NCBI GenBank assembly: GCA_002373205.1 | Contig: DFJV01000142.1 | Location: 1-53,258, forward strand | Direction of reading: 5' to 3' | From: Treponema sp. UBA3662 | GTDB lineage: Bacteria; Spirochaetota; Spirochaetia; Treponematales; Treponemataceae | DNA length: 53,258 nt | Shown here: positions 1-9,654 of the stretch, piece by piece | Layout of the letters: every line of letters begins with the position of its first letter | How positions within the stretch are numbered: the first letter of the stretch is position 1 | Notes under the pieces: model-generated | What the model was told of the DNA's origin: nothing | What the model saw: the letters and a program-made list of their open reading frames with translations, nothing else | The model's database searches: none | Program-made: the position numbers and the translations under genes

Positions 1-2
1 AC

Positions 3-305
3 AGCGTTGAAGTCTGGCACAATGGGGAACTGGCCGGCGGTTTTTACGGGGAACTTTTTGGAAGCGTTTTTTGCGGCGAAAGCATGTTCACCAAAGAAAG
101 CGACAGCGCAAAGAGCGCATTCGTTATTTTTGCAAGAGCCTTTTTTGCCTGCGGAGGAAAACTCATAGACAGCCAGGTCTACACAGACAACATAGCCCGC
201 TACGGAGCCAAAAACATAAGCCGCGACGCATTCCTAAGGCTAGAAAAGGAATACCTCTCCAAGCCCCTAACCGCAGACATACAAAATTTTTTCCCTAAGA
301 AATAG
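3..305 (+). CDS. aat: Leucyl/phenylalanyl-tRNA--protein transferase, 3' part (5'-truncated by window edge)
   Basis: Frame from nt 3 reads SVEVWHNGELAGGFYGELFGSVFCGESMF...LIDSQVYTDNIARYGAKNISRDAF, the typical L/F-transferase C-terminal motifs. Confidence 0.9.
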   Translation, partial: SVEVWHNGELAGGFYGELFGSVFCGESMFTKESDSAKSAFVIFARAFFACGGKLIDSQVYTDNIARYGAKNISRDAFLRLEKEYLSKPLTADIQNFFPKK

Positions 306-360
306 TTTTATACATTTCAGTATTTTTTACAACTAATGATATTAGGAAATAAACAAGACT

Positions 361-594
361 GGGTTCTTAGGCATATCGCGATACGTTGAGCGATATGGCC
401 CTAAGCCGTGCCGGATGAAACGGTAGCAAGGCGTTCCGCTGAAGAGGGGTTTAAGGGGAACTTGCAACGAAGTTTCCAGCAGGGAAAACCCTCGCTCGCT
501 TGAAGTTTCACTGCGAAAACGGAGTAGGCAACTTTTTTAACGTTAAAAAAGTTGCCTCCCCTTAGCTTTGGGGTACAAGGGAACCCCCTTGAAA
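361..594 (+). repeat. ~230-bp structured dispersed repeat (family X), copy 1
   Basis: Aligns by eye with the reverse complement of 48510-48721; contains the perfect 32-bp palindrome aggcaacttttttaacgttaaaaaagttgcct (526-557). Confidence 0.9.
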
Positions 595-599
595 TAATT

Positions 600-869
600 T
601 TAGATGCGATGCATCTCAGAGAAAACCTTCTCGTTCATCACGTTCACTTCTACGCCAAGGGAATGTCCTTCCTCCGTAAGCTCGGTGCGAACCTGGTCAA
701 TGGCAAGGTCTGCCGCGGAAAAGTCCACAATCATCATCATAACAAAATTACCGCTAAGAACGGTCTGAGTAATGTCGTCAATATTTATAGAATGTTTTGC
801 AAGGTATGCGGAAACCTTGGCAATAATGCCCATCTTGTCCCCGCCAACTACTGTAATAATCGCTTTCAT
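600..869 (-). CDS. Stand-alone ACT-domain protein (UPF0237-like)
   Basis: 89 aa, MKAIITVVGGDKMGIIAKVS...NIDDITQTV...FVMMMIVD...FSEMHRI. Confidence 0.9.
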   Translation of the reverse strand: MKAIITVVGGDKMGIIAKVSAYLAKHSINIDDITQTVLSGNFVMMMIVDFSAADLAIDQVRTELTEEGHSLGVEVNVMNEKVFSEMHRI

Positions 870-931
870 AGTTCACCATAATAATGAATTGGGCACACTT
901 TTTCAAGATAGGCTTTTGGACGGTGCTTTTA

Positions 932-1068
932 TGGACGAAGTCCTAATTGCTCTACCATTTGTTTTTTGACTAACTCGACAGACACCTCTTTGCGTCACCG
1001 CCGTTCCGCCCTTCGCCTATTCGGCTCATACCGCTTGCGCGGTACTAAAGGGGCTCCATGGCGGCGTA
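932..1068 (-). repeat. ~140-bp structured dispersed repeat (family F), copy 1
   Basis: Shares tggacg..gctctacca..ctaactcg..tgcgYcaccgccgttcc..tccatggcggcgta with 19261-19407 and, inverted, with 49147-49284. Confidence 0.85.
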
Positions 1069-1083
1069 TATTTTTCGGGTCTC

Positions 1084-1737
1084 CTATAGCAAAGAAACAA
1101 AGCACATTGCAAAAGAAACAAACTTGATCATTTTACGCTTCCGCGACAAAAGCCCCTCTTCCCGCGAATAAATGAATGAGGGCAGAGTGTATTTTTCCTG
1201 AACCTGTTTGGGAGACGACAAACTCATAATTTTGAATCCATCACTGCCACTATATTCATACACATATTTGCCAGACTCATTGAGACTTTCCAAGGCGTAG
1301 CCGTCCCTGTCATAGCGGGTGCTGCTCACAAACTTTCCATTTTCAAAGAAGGTGATTATATGCTCGTCGCCATCCCTTTCGTAGACGTTACGGTAAACAC
1401 TTCCTGTTTTTAAATCCGAAAGCGTCACCTCAACAATGTCATTTGATATTTTTTTCAATCCACCGCCAGACTTATAATATTCATCAAAAGGCCAGCAATA
1501 TATCTCGAAGCCACCTAATTTTTCATTCTCCAGCTGGGCAAAAGTATCGGGCAGCTTGTTGTTATGTTCATAATACCTTTGCACGCGATGAACCAGCATC
1601 TCTATCTGTCCGGCGGCACATGCAGTCGCAGTCCTCATAAAAGAACAGTCATAATCGTAGCTGTCATAGTCAAAGGACGCAACATGCAAAACAGAAAAAA
1701 ACACCATGCAGGCCACAAGAAAGATTCTTCTATACAC
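1084..1737 (-). CDS. Hypothetical exported protein; apparent paralogue of 38850-39329
   Basis: GTG start after AAGAGG; N-terminal signal-like hydrophobic stretch; shared blocks YYxxxxxLPD and F-x-NGKF...DG. Confidence 0.65.
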   Translation of the reverse strand: MYRRIFLVACMVFFSVLHVASFDYDSYDYDCSFMRTATACAAGQIEMLVHRVQRYYEHNNKLPDTFAQLENEKLGGFEIYCWPFDEYYKSGGGLKKISNDIVEVTLSDLKTGSVYRNVYERDGDEHIITFFENGKFVSSTRYDRDGYALESLNESGKYVYEYSGSDGFKIMSLSSPKQVQEKYTLPSFIYSREEGLLSRKRKMIKFVSFAMCFVSLL

Positions 1738-1884
1738 TTTTTGCCTCTTGAATATTATTTATCGTCAGCAAAACACATCTTATTATCTTTGTCAACCCAA
1801 AGCAATTGAGGTGTAGAAGGTAAGTGCAAATCTAAATGAAGCTTAGAAAGCATTAACCTAAGTGTGTAAGCACTTCCATTCCCG

Positions 1885-1979
1885 CCGGGAACCGCGCCGA
1901 AAATCCATGGTGCGCGGTAATTGGTGTCTAACTCCCTGCGGTCGTACCGCGCAAAATGGATTTTCGGCACGAACCCCGG
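1885..1979. repeat. GC-rich imperfect inverted repeat (35-bp arms)
   Basis: ccgggaaccgcgccgaaaatccatggtgcgcggta (1885-1919) pairs with taccgcgcaaaatggattttcggcacgaaccccgg (1945-1979). Confidence 0.8.
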
Positions 1980-2182
1980 CTCCATTCCAGTGCTTCCGCA
2001 CATTGTTTTGCTACATTACATTCCCTGTTTGTTGCACTTACCTTATGCAAGTTCTGAAAAAGGGTAAAAAATAATGCAGGATGCTTTTTACATAGCAATT
2101 ATATGCTAAACTTGAGAATTTAGATTAACACTTATTAATGACAGCCAAAACAATTGAGGTGAAACATAAGGTAGCCGAGCAG

Positions 2183-2430
2183 ACACGGCAGGGATTGGAG
2201 GGGCGGTTGGTTAAAAATTGCATCCGTGCAATTTTTAACCATGAGTTTTCTGCGAAAACTCACATGCTTATTTCATAAACAAACGACGCGCCCTCCTTGG
2301 CGCTGCTTGTTTTACATTTGCCCGGAACCCCGGAAAGCCCACACAAATGGCCTCCTTGCCATTTTTGACGCCTTGTTGCTTTGCTAACAAATGACACGCC
2401 TCCTTGGCGCTATCTGTTTGCAGAAAAATG
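2183..2430 (+). repeat. Composite multi-hairpin dispersed repeat (family A/B/C), copy A
   Basis: Module-by-module similarity to 39335-39672 and to the reverse complement of 46946-47217; four hairpins with TCC-containing loops. Confidence 0.85.
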
Positions 2431-2576
2431 GCAAGGTGTTCTTTTACTAAGCGTTTGTCAAAAAAAGAAAGTGCCGCAAGAAGATGATAAGAAAAAATTT
2501 GGATTAACGGGCATGGCTTTTTAAGAGGTTGAAAATAGGTTTGAATTGATTTAAAATATCTTTTAGGGAGATTGAC

Positions 2577-3122
2577 ATGGAAGAAAGCGCACTTCTTTTT
2601 GTTCAGGAACATATACGGCAGGGCTGGCTTGACGGGATTGTTGTCTTTATTACAAAGCTGGGCGACGTGGGATTTTTTTGGATAGCCCTTACGCTTGTGC
2701 TTTTTTGCATAGCCAAGACGCGGAAGACCGGGATTATGTGCCTTACTTCGATTGGAATAATTCATATTGTGAACAACCTTATCATAAAAAATCTTGTTGG
2801 AAGGGTTAGGCCTTACGATGCAATCAGAGAGTTGCAGGCTCTGGTTCCGCCGCTAAGGGATTCGTCTTTTCCTTCGGGACATTCGGCATGTTCATTTGCG
2901 GTTGCGGTTGTTGTGTTCAGAAATCTGCCTAAAAAAATTGGGGTGCCTGTTCTTGTCCTTGCATTTTTGATTTCGCTGAGCAGGATTTATGTTGGCGTGC
3001 ACTACCCCACGGATGTTGTCTGCGGTGCAATTTTTGGAACCCTTTCTGCGTTGGCGGCGGAATTTATTGTTAAGCACTTTGCAAAAAAAATAGAGAGTAA
3101 AAAATCAGGCGGGGAAAATTAA
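2577..3122 (+). CDS. PAP2-family membrane phosphatase (undecaprenyl-PP phosphatase/PgpB-like)
   Basis: KNLVGRVRP, SFPSGH and SRIYVGVHYPTDV motifs. Confidence 0.93.
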   Translation: MEESALLFVQEHIRQGWLDGIVVFITKLGDVGFFWIALTLVLFCIAKTRKTGIMCLTSIGIIHIVNNLIIKNLVGRVRPYDAIRELQALVPPLRDSSFPSGHSACSFAVAVVVFRNLPKKIGVPVLVLAFLISLSRIYVGVHYPTDVVCGAIFGTLSALAAEFIVKHFAKKIESKKSGGEN

Positions 3123-3123
3123 T

Positions 3124-3612
3124 ATGAAAAAGACAAATGCCATGCGTATTTTGGACGGACTAAAGATTGCCTATACTGCGCACGAATATGCGGATGACGG
3201 CGAGCATGAACTTGAACGCGGGGCTGCGGAAAAGACTGCGGAAAAGCTTGGCATAGACCCGGCCTGTGTTTTTAAGACGATTGTAATGCAGACGGAAAGC
3301 AAGGAAGTTGTTGTTTTTTGCCAGAGCGCCCTGCACGAGATAAACCTAAAGAAAGCGCGTAACGCTTGCGGTGCAAAGGAAGTTACTCCTGTAAAGCCGG
3401 CAGACCTTCTTGGGCTTACCGGTTACATACGCGGCGGATGTTCTCCGCTTGGAATGAAGAGGAAGTACCGTACTTTTATAGACAGCACTGCCGAAAAGTT
3501 TGAAAAGATTTTTATAAGCGCAGGTCTTCGTGGGGAACAGATAGAACTTGCACCGGCAGACCTTGTAAAAGCCGCCGATGCAGTCCTGTGTGACCTGGTA
3601 CTTGAAGGATAG
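3124..3612 (+). CDS. ybaK: Cys-tRNA(Pro) deacylase, YbaK/EbsC family
   Basis: KTNAMRILD, VFKTIV, TGYIRGGCSPLG and SAGLRG motifs. Confidence 0.93.
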   Translation: MKKTNAMRILDGLKIAYTAHEYADDGEHELERGAAEKTAEKLGIDPACVFKTIVMQTESKEVVVFCQSALHEINLKKARNACGAKEVTPVKPADLLGLTGYIRGGCSPLGMKRKYRTFIDSTAEKFEKIFISAGLRGEQIELAPADLVKAADAVLCDLVLEG

Positions 3613-3632
3613 TTTTTTAGCGCACCGAATTT

Positions 3633-4907
3633 TTATTTGTCGTCGCTTGGAGTGTACATGCGGGCGTTCTTGACCTTTTGGAGCGTTGCGCTGTCTGTTA
3701 TTTTCTTAACAATCTTTACATAGCGCAGGGCTTTTCCGTCGTAGTAAAAGTCTCCTATTTTGTGGTTCTCAGAGCCACTGCCGTCGTAAAAGGTTCCAAC
3801 TCCTTCAATCTGTATAAAGCCATCTTTGTTAGTGTAAGAATAGGTTTTGCTGACGGTATTAAGGTCGCCAAAATTGCCAGCCAGATGATAACTTGAGCCT
3901 GTCCATGTTACCCTGCCGTTGTTTGCAAAAAGCAGAGTAAAATTACCAGAGAAGAACATATCGGACACGCAGTCGTTGGCTCTTAAATTCCATTTGCCGT
4001 AAAGAGAGCCTGTCTTACTTCCTTTGTCCGTGAGTATTTCGTAGCGGTGATGTTCCTCCGTAACATCGTAGCTGTCGTGGTTAAAAAGACCATCATCATC
4101 TAGAAATGCAATAAGTGTTCCGCCTATATTTTTAAAGCATATTCCGTTTGCAGTCTTGGAGCTTGCGGCATTGTAGTTTACCTTATATTTTTTGATGAGC
4201 GCGGAGTCTGCACTGCTAATAGAAGTCATGTACATCTCGCTTGTACTTGGGAAGTAGACATACTTTTTATTTGCTTCGTCCAAAGCATAGACATCGCCAG
4301 CTTTTGGAGCAAAGGTCGCTGCGGTTGCCTCTGCGGTGGCTTTCTTGGCAGCTTCTTCTGCGGCTTTCTTTGCTGCGGCATCTGCAGCTGTCTTGTCTGC
4401 GGCCGCTTTTTCTGCCGCCTGCTGTTTTGCAAGAGTTTCTGCATCCGCTTTTGCCTTTGCCTCTGCCTCTACGCGGGCAATGTCATCCAAACGCTGCTGC
4501 TTAAGCTTGTCTACCGTAATTCCGCGGGAAGTGTCCGCAACGTAAACAATGAATGTAAAATTGTATATTGAGCAAGATGCGGTTACAGCCGTGTAGCCGC
4601 TCTTTAAACCGGTTATGGTATAGCTTGAAGGGTTTGACGCGCTTTGTGTTACAGAAGCAACGCTGCTGTCATCCACTTTGATTGATACAGGATAGCCGTT
4701 GTCTACAGGGTCGGATGTTGCCGTAAATTCGTAGCGGAGGTTTCCTGTTTTTATATCCATTGGAACTGTTGCAGACTTTCCTGTAAACACTTGGCCATTT
4801 GAAGAAACGATGATTCCCTTCAAATCCTAAATCTGCTTCATTGAAGAACAGCCTGCAAGCGCAAGCAAAAATACCGCCGCTGCAAATAACTTGATTTTAG
4901 TTTTCAT
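3633..4907 (-). pseudogene. Lipoprotein (Ig-like N-domain, Ala/Lys-rich coiled linker) interrupted by an in-frame TAG at codon 27
   Basis: AAAGGAG RBS, ATG at 4907, MKTKIKLFAAAVFLLALAG-CSSMKQI*DLKGII; TAG at 4829-4827 is in frame with the 396-aa ORF 3633-4823. Confidence 0.75.
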
Positions 4908-5108
4908 GACGTACTCCTTTCAAATAAAAAGATCGACTATACTAATCGTGTAACACAGAATTTTAAAAAGCATTTGTGTTTGCAAAAAAATTAAGATGAT
5001 TTTTAAATCAAGCAGGGCAGGCAATGGAGGGGCATAAAAAATGGGGGCGATTAACCGACAATCTGCCCCCAAATTCATAAGAATTTATTTTATAGAAGAA
5101 ATACAAGC

Positions 5109-5999
5109 CTATTTTTTTGCCAGAGACTTTCCTGTGTGCACAATCATTGTGTTGCCGGCATTTTTTGCAAAGTAGTCAATCTTGTCTATCTGCTTCTGCC
5201 AGTACTCGGCTTCCGTGCGGGATGTGTAGTCGCCTGCGCGCAAACGGTACTTGAGGGTGCCGGAGTCTTCGTATGTAAAGACTTCGCACTTGATTGACTT
5301 TGCTTCCAACACAGAGCGTGCCTCGTCTGCATTTTTCTTGTTTACAAAAGAGCCAACCTGTACCCAGTAGCGGTCAGGTGACGGGGCAGCCAAGACGGAT
5401 TTTGTGGATGAAGCAGCCTTTTTTGTGCTTGCGCTAGCCGTCTTTTTTGTGCTTGTTGAAGCAGTTGATTTTTTTGTGCTGCTTTCGAGAACCTTGGGCG
5501 TGCTTTTTGCAGCCTTTGTGTTTTCTATTGCCTGGGCTGCAACCTGGTTCTGTGCCTTTACGGAAGAAGCAGATGCAGTGCCTTCTTTTAAGGAGTTCAA
5601 GTCGATTGTTGTGGTTCCATCCTGAATTGCAGATGTTCCGCTTGGAATTTCATAGACATTGGTTGCCCCCTGTGAAATTACCGTTACGCTGTCTGCATGT
5701 GTTATTGAATTTGGGGCTGCCTCTGCCGGTGTTGAATTTCCTGACAAGACTGACGGTGCGGCAGATGAAGCAGAGCCCTGGTTTGCAACCGGCTGCTCGT
5801 CTGCATAGCCATAGCTTGCAGTGTTAGAGGTTAAAGGCTTGTCTTCCGGAATAACCCACATGGATCCGCTGTCTTTCATAGACATTGCCGATGAGTTATT
5901 CTTCTGCGAATTGCCAAAGATAAGAAACGCGGCTCCAATAACCACGCATAAAAAAACTCCCGCTGCAATTAAAATCCATAATGTTCTTTTTTGTTCCAT
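5109..5999 (-). CDS. SPOR-domain cell-division protein (FtsN/DedD-like)
   Basis: N-terminal TM, long low-complexity linker, C-terminal YWVQVGSF...NA...YRLRAG SPOR motif. Confidence 0.88.
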   Translation of the reverse strand: MEQKRTLWILIAAGVFLCVVIGAAFLIFGNSQKNNSSAMSMKDSGSMWVIPEDKPLTSNTASYGYADEQPVANQGSASSAAPSVLSGNSTPAEAAPNSITHADSVTVISQGATNVYEIPSGTSAIQDGTTTIDLNSLKEGTASASSVKAQNQVAAQAIENTKAAKSTPKVLESSTKKSTASTSTKKTASASTKKAASSTKSVLAAPSPDRYWVQVGSFVNKKNADEARSVLEAKSIKCEVFTYEDSGTLKYRLRAGDYTSRTEAEYWQKQIDKIDYFAKNAGNTMIVHTGKSLAKK

Positions 6000-6092
6000 T
6001 CGTTTTTTCCCCTGCCGGTAATGGGAACTTCCAAAAACATAAGTCTTTAGAGGCTCACTATTGCATTTGGAATCAGGGCAAGCAAAAGAAAG

Positions 6093-6725
6093 CTAACTTT
6101 CCAAAGCTGCCAGAATCTTAATAATCTTCTTTTCCAAACGCTGTCTGGAACCGGTATTCCATACCCTTTGAATATCGGCATTTGAATTTTGATATTTAGC
6201 AAAAAGGTCTCTTTGGCTTGCAAAACGGTCAAGAATTTTTTTACAGGACATGCCATCTCTTTTTCTGGCACGGAAATAGCGCATTATTAGGGGTGCATCA
6301 ACATAGATAATGAATTGAACTTGGCTTAAAATGTCAGGGGTTTTGTAGAGGACTGCCGCATTTATTACCACGCCGGGAATGGAGGAGTCTTTTTGTTTTT
6401 CCTCTATAAATTCCCTGATGATGCGCTCGGTTTCCGGGTAGACTATGGATTCAAGCTCCCGCAAAAGCTGGGGGGAAGAAAAGACCACTTCGCCCAGTGC
6501 CCTGCGGTTTACGCTTCCGTCTTGATTTTTTAGAACTATGCCATTTTTTTGGGCCTTCCCTGCAAAGCGCTCAAAAATCTTTTCCCTGGCATTTTCCACG
6601 GCTCTATGCCCCGCAATGTCTGCGTCTATGCAGGCGTAGCCCCTTTGCTCAAGGATTGAAGCCGCAGCATTTTTTCCTGCCGCCATTGGGCCTGTTACGC
6701 ACAAAATCAATGGAACTGCCCCCAT
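6093..6725 (-). CDS. coaE: Dephospho-CoA kinase
   Basis: VTGPMAAGKN P-loop, IDAD, NRRALGEVVF and LESIVYP; directly downstream of polA; exact start uncertain. Confidence 0.92.
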   Translation of the reverse strand: MGAVPLILCVTGPMAAGKNAAASILEQRGYACIDADIAGHRAVENAREKIFERFAGKAQKNGIVLKNQDGSVNRRALGEVVFSSPQLLRELESIVYPETERIIREFIEEKQKDSSIPGVVINAAVLYKTPDILSQVQFIIYVDAPLIMRYFRARKRDGMSCKKILDRFASQRDLFAKYQNSNADIQRVWNTGSRQRLEKKIIKILAALES

Positions 6726-9562
6726 GACTTTCCGCTTTCTATGCTTACGCGGAGGGGAATGTTCAGCTTAAAGGCACTTTCCATCTTTGAGCGGATTAAT
6801 TCTATGGAAGATTTTACCACGGCCTCATCATCCGGGCATTCAAAAATCAATTCATCGTGAACCTGCAGCAGCATCTTTAGAGGACTCTTTGTACGCTCAA
6901 TTTCTTGGTTCACGTCTATCATGGCTTTTTTTACAATGTCTGCCGCGCTGCCCTGAATGGGTGTGTTGATGGCAATTCTTTCTGCCGCCTGCTGTTCGTT
7001 CTTGTTGCGGCTGTTTATTCCGCGTATAAAGCGTCTTCTGCCGGTGATTGTCTGGGTAAAACCGTTAGCCCTTGCGTCTGCAATTGTCTTTTCTATAAAG
7101 GCCTTAACCTGGGAATAGGTTGTAAAATACTGGCTTATGAAGTTCTGGGCTTGTGTGCGGCTTATGCCCAAATCCTTTGCCAAGCGGAAGGCACTCATTC
7201 CGTACATAACGCCAAAGTTTACCGTCTTTGCAAAGCGCCTCATGTCTGCGGTAACTTCTTCCGGCTTTATTCCGTAGATAAGGGCAGCTGTTGCCTTGTG
7301 AACGTCTATTCCCTGCTCAAAGGCTGAGCTAAGGTTTTTGTCTCCCGAAAGATGGGCAAGAACCACAAGTTCTATCTGGGAATAGTCCGCCGAAATTAGC
7401 ACGGTTCCACTTTCTGCGGTAAAAGCCGAGCGGATTTTTCTTCCAGCCTCTTCGCGGACAGGTATGTTCTGAAGGTTTGGGTCGCGGCTAGAAAGTCTTC
7501 CTGTGGCGGTTCCAGTCTGCATAAAGGATGTGTGTATGCGGCCCATTTTGTCTGCCAACAGAGGGAGTGTTTCTACATAAGTGTTCTGCAATTTTACCGA
7601 TTTTCTAAAGTCAAGGATTGCGTTTGGAAGGGGATCGTCCGTGCGCTCTGCAAGTTCCTCCAAGACGGCTGTGTCAGTGCTGTAGCCTGTCTTTGTTTTT
7701 TTGCCGGGAACAAGCCCCCTTTCTGTGAACAAAACTTCCTGCAGCTGCTTGGTGCTTGCTATGTTGAATTCATGCCCCGCCTCTGAATATATGAGCGACT
7801 TCTTTTCTTCTATAATCTTGCAAAGTTCCACGTTGTAGTCCGAAAGAATCTTCTTGTCCAGGTGAATCCCACGGTTTTCCATTGCGGCAAGAATGGGCAA
7901 GAGGGGCATTTCCGTCTTAAAGAATATGTCGTTAAGCCCTTCCGATTCAATTTTCTTCTTTAGGATATTCCACAGCTGAAGGGTAAAGTCCGCATCTTCT
8001 GCACCGTAGGGGTATGCCTTTTCCAGCGGAACATCAGCAAAGGTCTGCCCCTTCTGAACTATGTCATTAAATTCAATTCCGCAAAGGCCAAGCTTTGTCT
8101 CTGCAAGGTATTCAAGACCGTATGGCGACTTTCCCAAGGCATCGGGATCCAGTAGCCAGGCCGCAACCATGGTGTCTGCTATTTTGCAAGCTGGCTTTTC
8201 TGCTGCAATGCAACCTGCTGTATGCAAAACTTCCAGGTCAAACTTTCCGTTGTGCATTACGAGCGTTGCGCCGGGATTTTTTAGTATGCGCTCAAGCTGA
8301 AAAAGGCAGTCTTCCTTTGCAATGGTTTCTTCTGCAAACATTCCGCCGGGAAGAACTACTGGAACGTAAACGGCCTCCCCTTCTTTTACGCAGAGGCTAA
8401 AGCCAACAAGACCTGATGCGTGTGTGTCCAGACCGTCGGTTTCCGTGTCAAAGGCAATTTCAAGACTTGGGTTGGATTTTTTGTCCATGGCTGAATCTAT
8501 GAATTTCTTTAGTTCATCAGCACTTGTTATTGGGCGGTAATTTCCCTCATTCTTGCGGATGGGGAGGGGGGCGTTATCTTCGTTTGCAGATGTAGCTCCA
8601 CCTTCCGCGCCTGACTCTTTTGCAGAGGCAGTTGCAGTGGCAGCAGCAGACGCAACAGTCGAATCAGCATTTCCTTCTTTTAAGAAAGCACGCGAAACAG
8701 CTTCTGCCCCAAGTTCAGCAAGGGCCTTTCCAGCCGCAGCGTAATCAAGCTTGGCGGTGGAAAAAGATTCAAAGTCAATTTCGATTGGAACATCGCTCCT
8801 TAGCGAAATAAGCTTCTTGGAAAAATATGCGTTTTCCTTGTCGCCGCGAATCTTCTGGCCAAGAGCACCCTTAATTTCTTCCGCATGTTCATAGATTCCG
8901 TCAAGGGAACCGTACTGGGTCAAAAGCTTTATTGCAGTCTTGTCGCCAACACCCTTAACACCCGGCACGTTGTCCGCAGCATCACCTGTTAGCGAAAGGT
9001 AGTCCAAAATCATCTCGGGACCAATTCCCCACTTGGCCTTAACCTCTTCAACTCCGTCCGTCTCCCAACCACCGTTGGCCTTGTCCGGCTGCATCTCCTT
9101 GCAAGTTTCCGTTACAAGCTGAAGCAAGTCCTTGTCCCCGCTAAGAATACGGAGCTGTCTGCCCTCATTTGCACACTTTGCCGCAACGGTTGCAATAATG
9201 TCGTCTGCCTCAAAGCCGTCAACACGAAGGACAGGAATACCCAAAGCCTTTAGCACATCCTCTATCCAGGGAACCTGGGCATGAAGGTCATCGGGGGTCT
9301 TCTGGCGGGTGGCCTTGTATTCAGCAAAAAGCTCGTGGCGGAAAGTCTTGGTACGGCTGTCAAAAGCGGCCGCAAGAAAAGCAGGCTTGTGCTTTGCCAA
9401 AAGTGCCTTTAGGTTGCGGAAAAAAATCACAACCGCGCTAATGTTTTCCTTTCGCTGATTTGTGAGCGGGTGGCTAAAAAGGGCATAGTAGGCCCTGTAG
9501 ATAAGTCCGTATGAATCCAAAATGTAAACGGCATTCTCCGCCGAAGAAATGTTCTTGTCCAT
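6707..9562 (-). CDS. polA: DNA polymerase I
   Basis: 5'-3' exonuclease (YRAYYA, EADDIIAT), 3'-5' exonuclease (AFDTET), polymerase (ADYSQIEL, AKTVNFG, QVHDELIFE); start placed at ATG 9562 behind a TGnTAATAT box (ORF track start 9607). Confidence 0.97.
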   Translation of the reverse strand: MDKNISSAENAVYILDSYGLIYRAYYALFSHPLTNQRKENISAVVIFFRNLKALLAKHKPAFLAAAFDSRTKTFRHELFAEYKATRQKTPDDLHAQVPWIEDVLKALGIPVLRVDGFEADDIIATVAAKCANEGRQLRILSGDKDLLQLVTETCKEMQPDKANGGWETDGVEEVKAKWGIGPEMILDYLSLTGDAADNVPGVKGVGDKTAIKLLTQYGSLDGIYEHAEEIKGALGQKIRGDKENAYFSKKLISLRSDVPIEIDFESFSTAKLDYAAAGKALAELGAEAVSRAFLKEGNADSTVASAAATATASAKESGAEGGATSANEDNAPLPIRKNEGNYRPITSADELKKFIDSAMDKKSNPSLEIAFDTETDGLDTHASGLVGFSLCVKEGEAVYVPVVLPGGMFAEETIAKEDCLFQLERILKNPGATLVMHNGKFDLEVLHTAGCIAAEKPACKIADTMVAAWLLDPDALGKSPYGLEYLAETKLGLCGIEFNDIVQKGQTFADVPLEKAYPYGAEDADFTLQLWNILKKKIESEGLNDIFFKTEMPLLPILAAMENRGIHLDKKILSDYNVELCKIIEEKKSLIYSEAGHEFNIASTKQLQEVLFTERGLVPGKKTKTGYSTDTAVLEELAERTDDPLPNAILDFRKSVKLQNTYVETLPLLADKMGRIHTSFMQTGTATGRLSSRDPNLQNIPVREEAGRKIRSAFTAESGTVLISADYSQIELVVLAHLSGDKNLSSAFEQGIDVHKATAALIYGIKPEEVTADMRRFAKTVNFGVMYGMSAFRLAKDLGISRTQAQNFISQYFTTYSQVKAFIEKTIADARANGFTQTITGRRRFIRGINSRNKNEQQAAERIAINTPIQGSAADIVKKAMIDVNQEIERTKSPLKMLLQVHDELIFECPDDEAVVKSSIELIRSKMESAFKLNIPLRVSIESGKSWGQFH

Positions 9563-9654
9563 AAAAAACATATTAGCACTTTTTAAAGTAAAATAATAGT
9601 TCGGCATTAAGATTTATACTTCCATTACAAAGATAACTTTGGTATAATTCCCCC

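Noticed and set aside
2268-2765. 165-aa minus-strand ORF, and similar ORFs at 19210-19516, 39304-39654, 46831-47260 and 48491-49355
   Set aside because: They overlap real genes or consist of structured repeat DNA, with no protein motifs
4827-4829. Genome-wide TAG recoding or pyrrolysine
   Set aside because: TAG serves as a normal stop in several genes here (for example hsdM, flaB, ybaK), and no pyl genes are in the window
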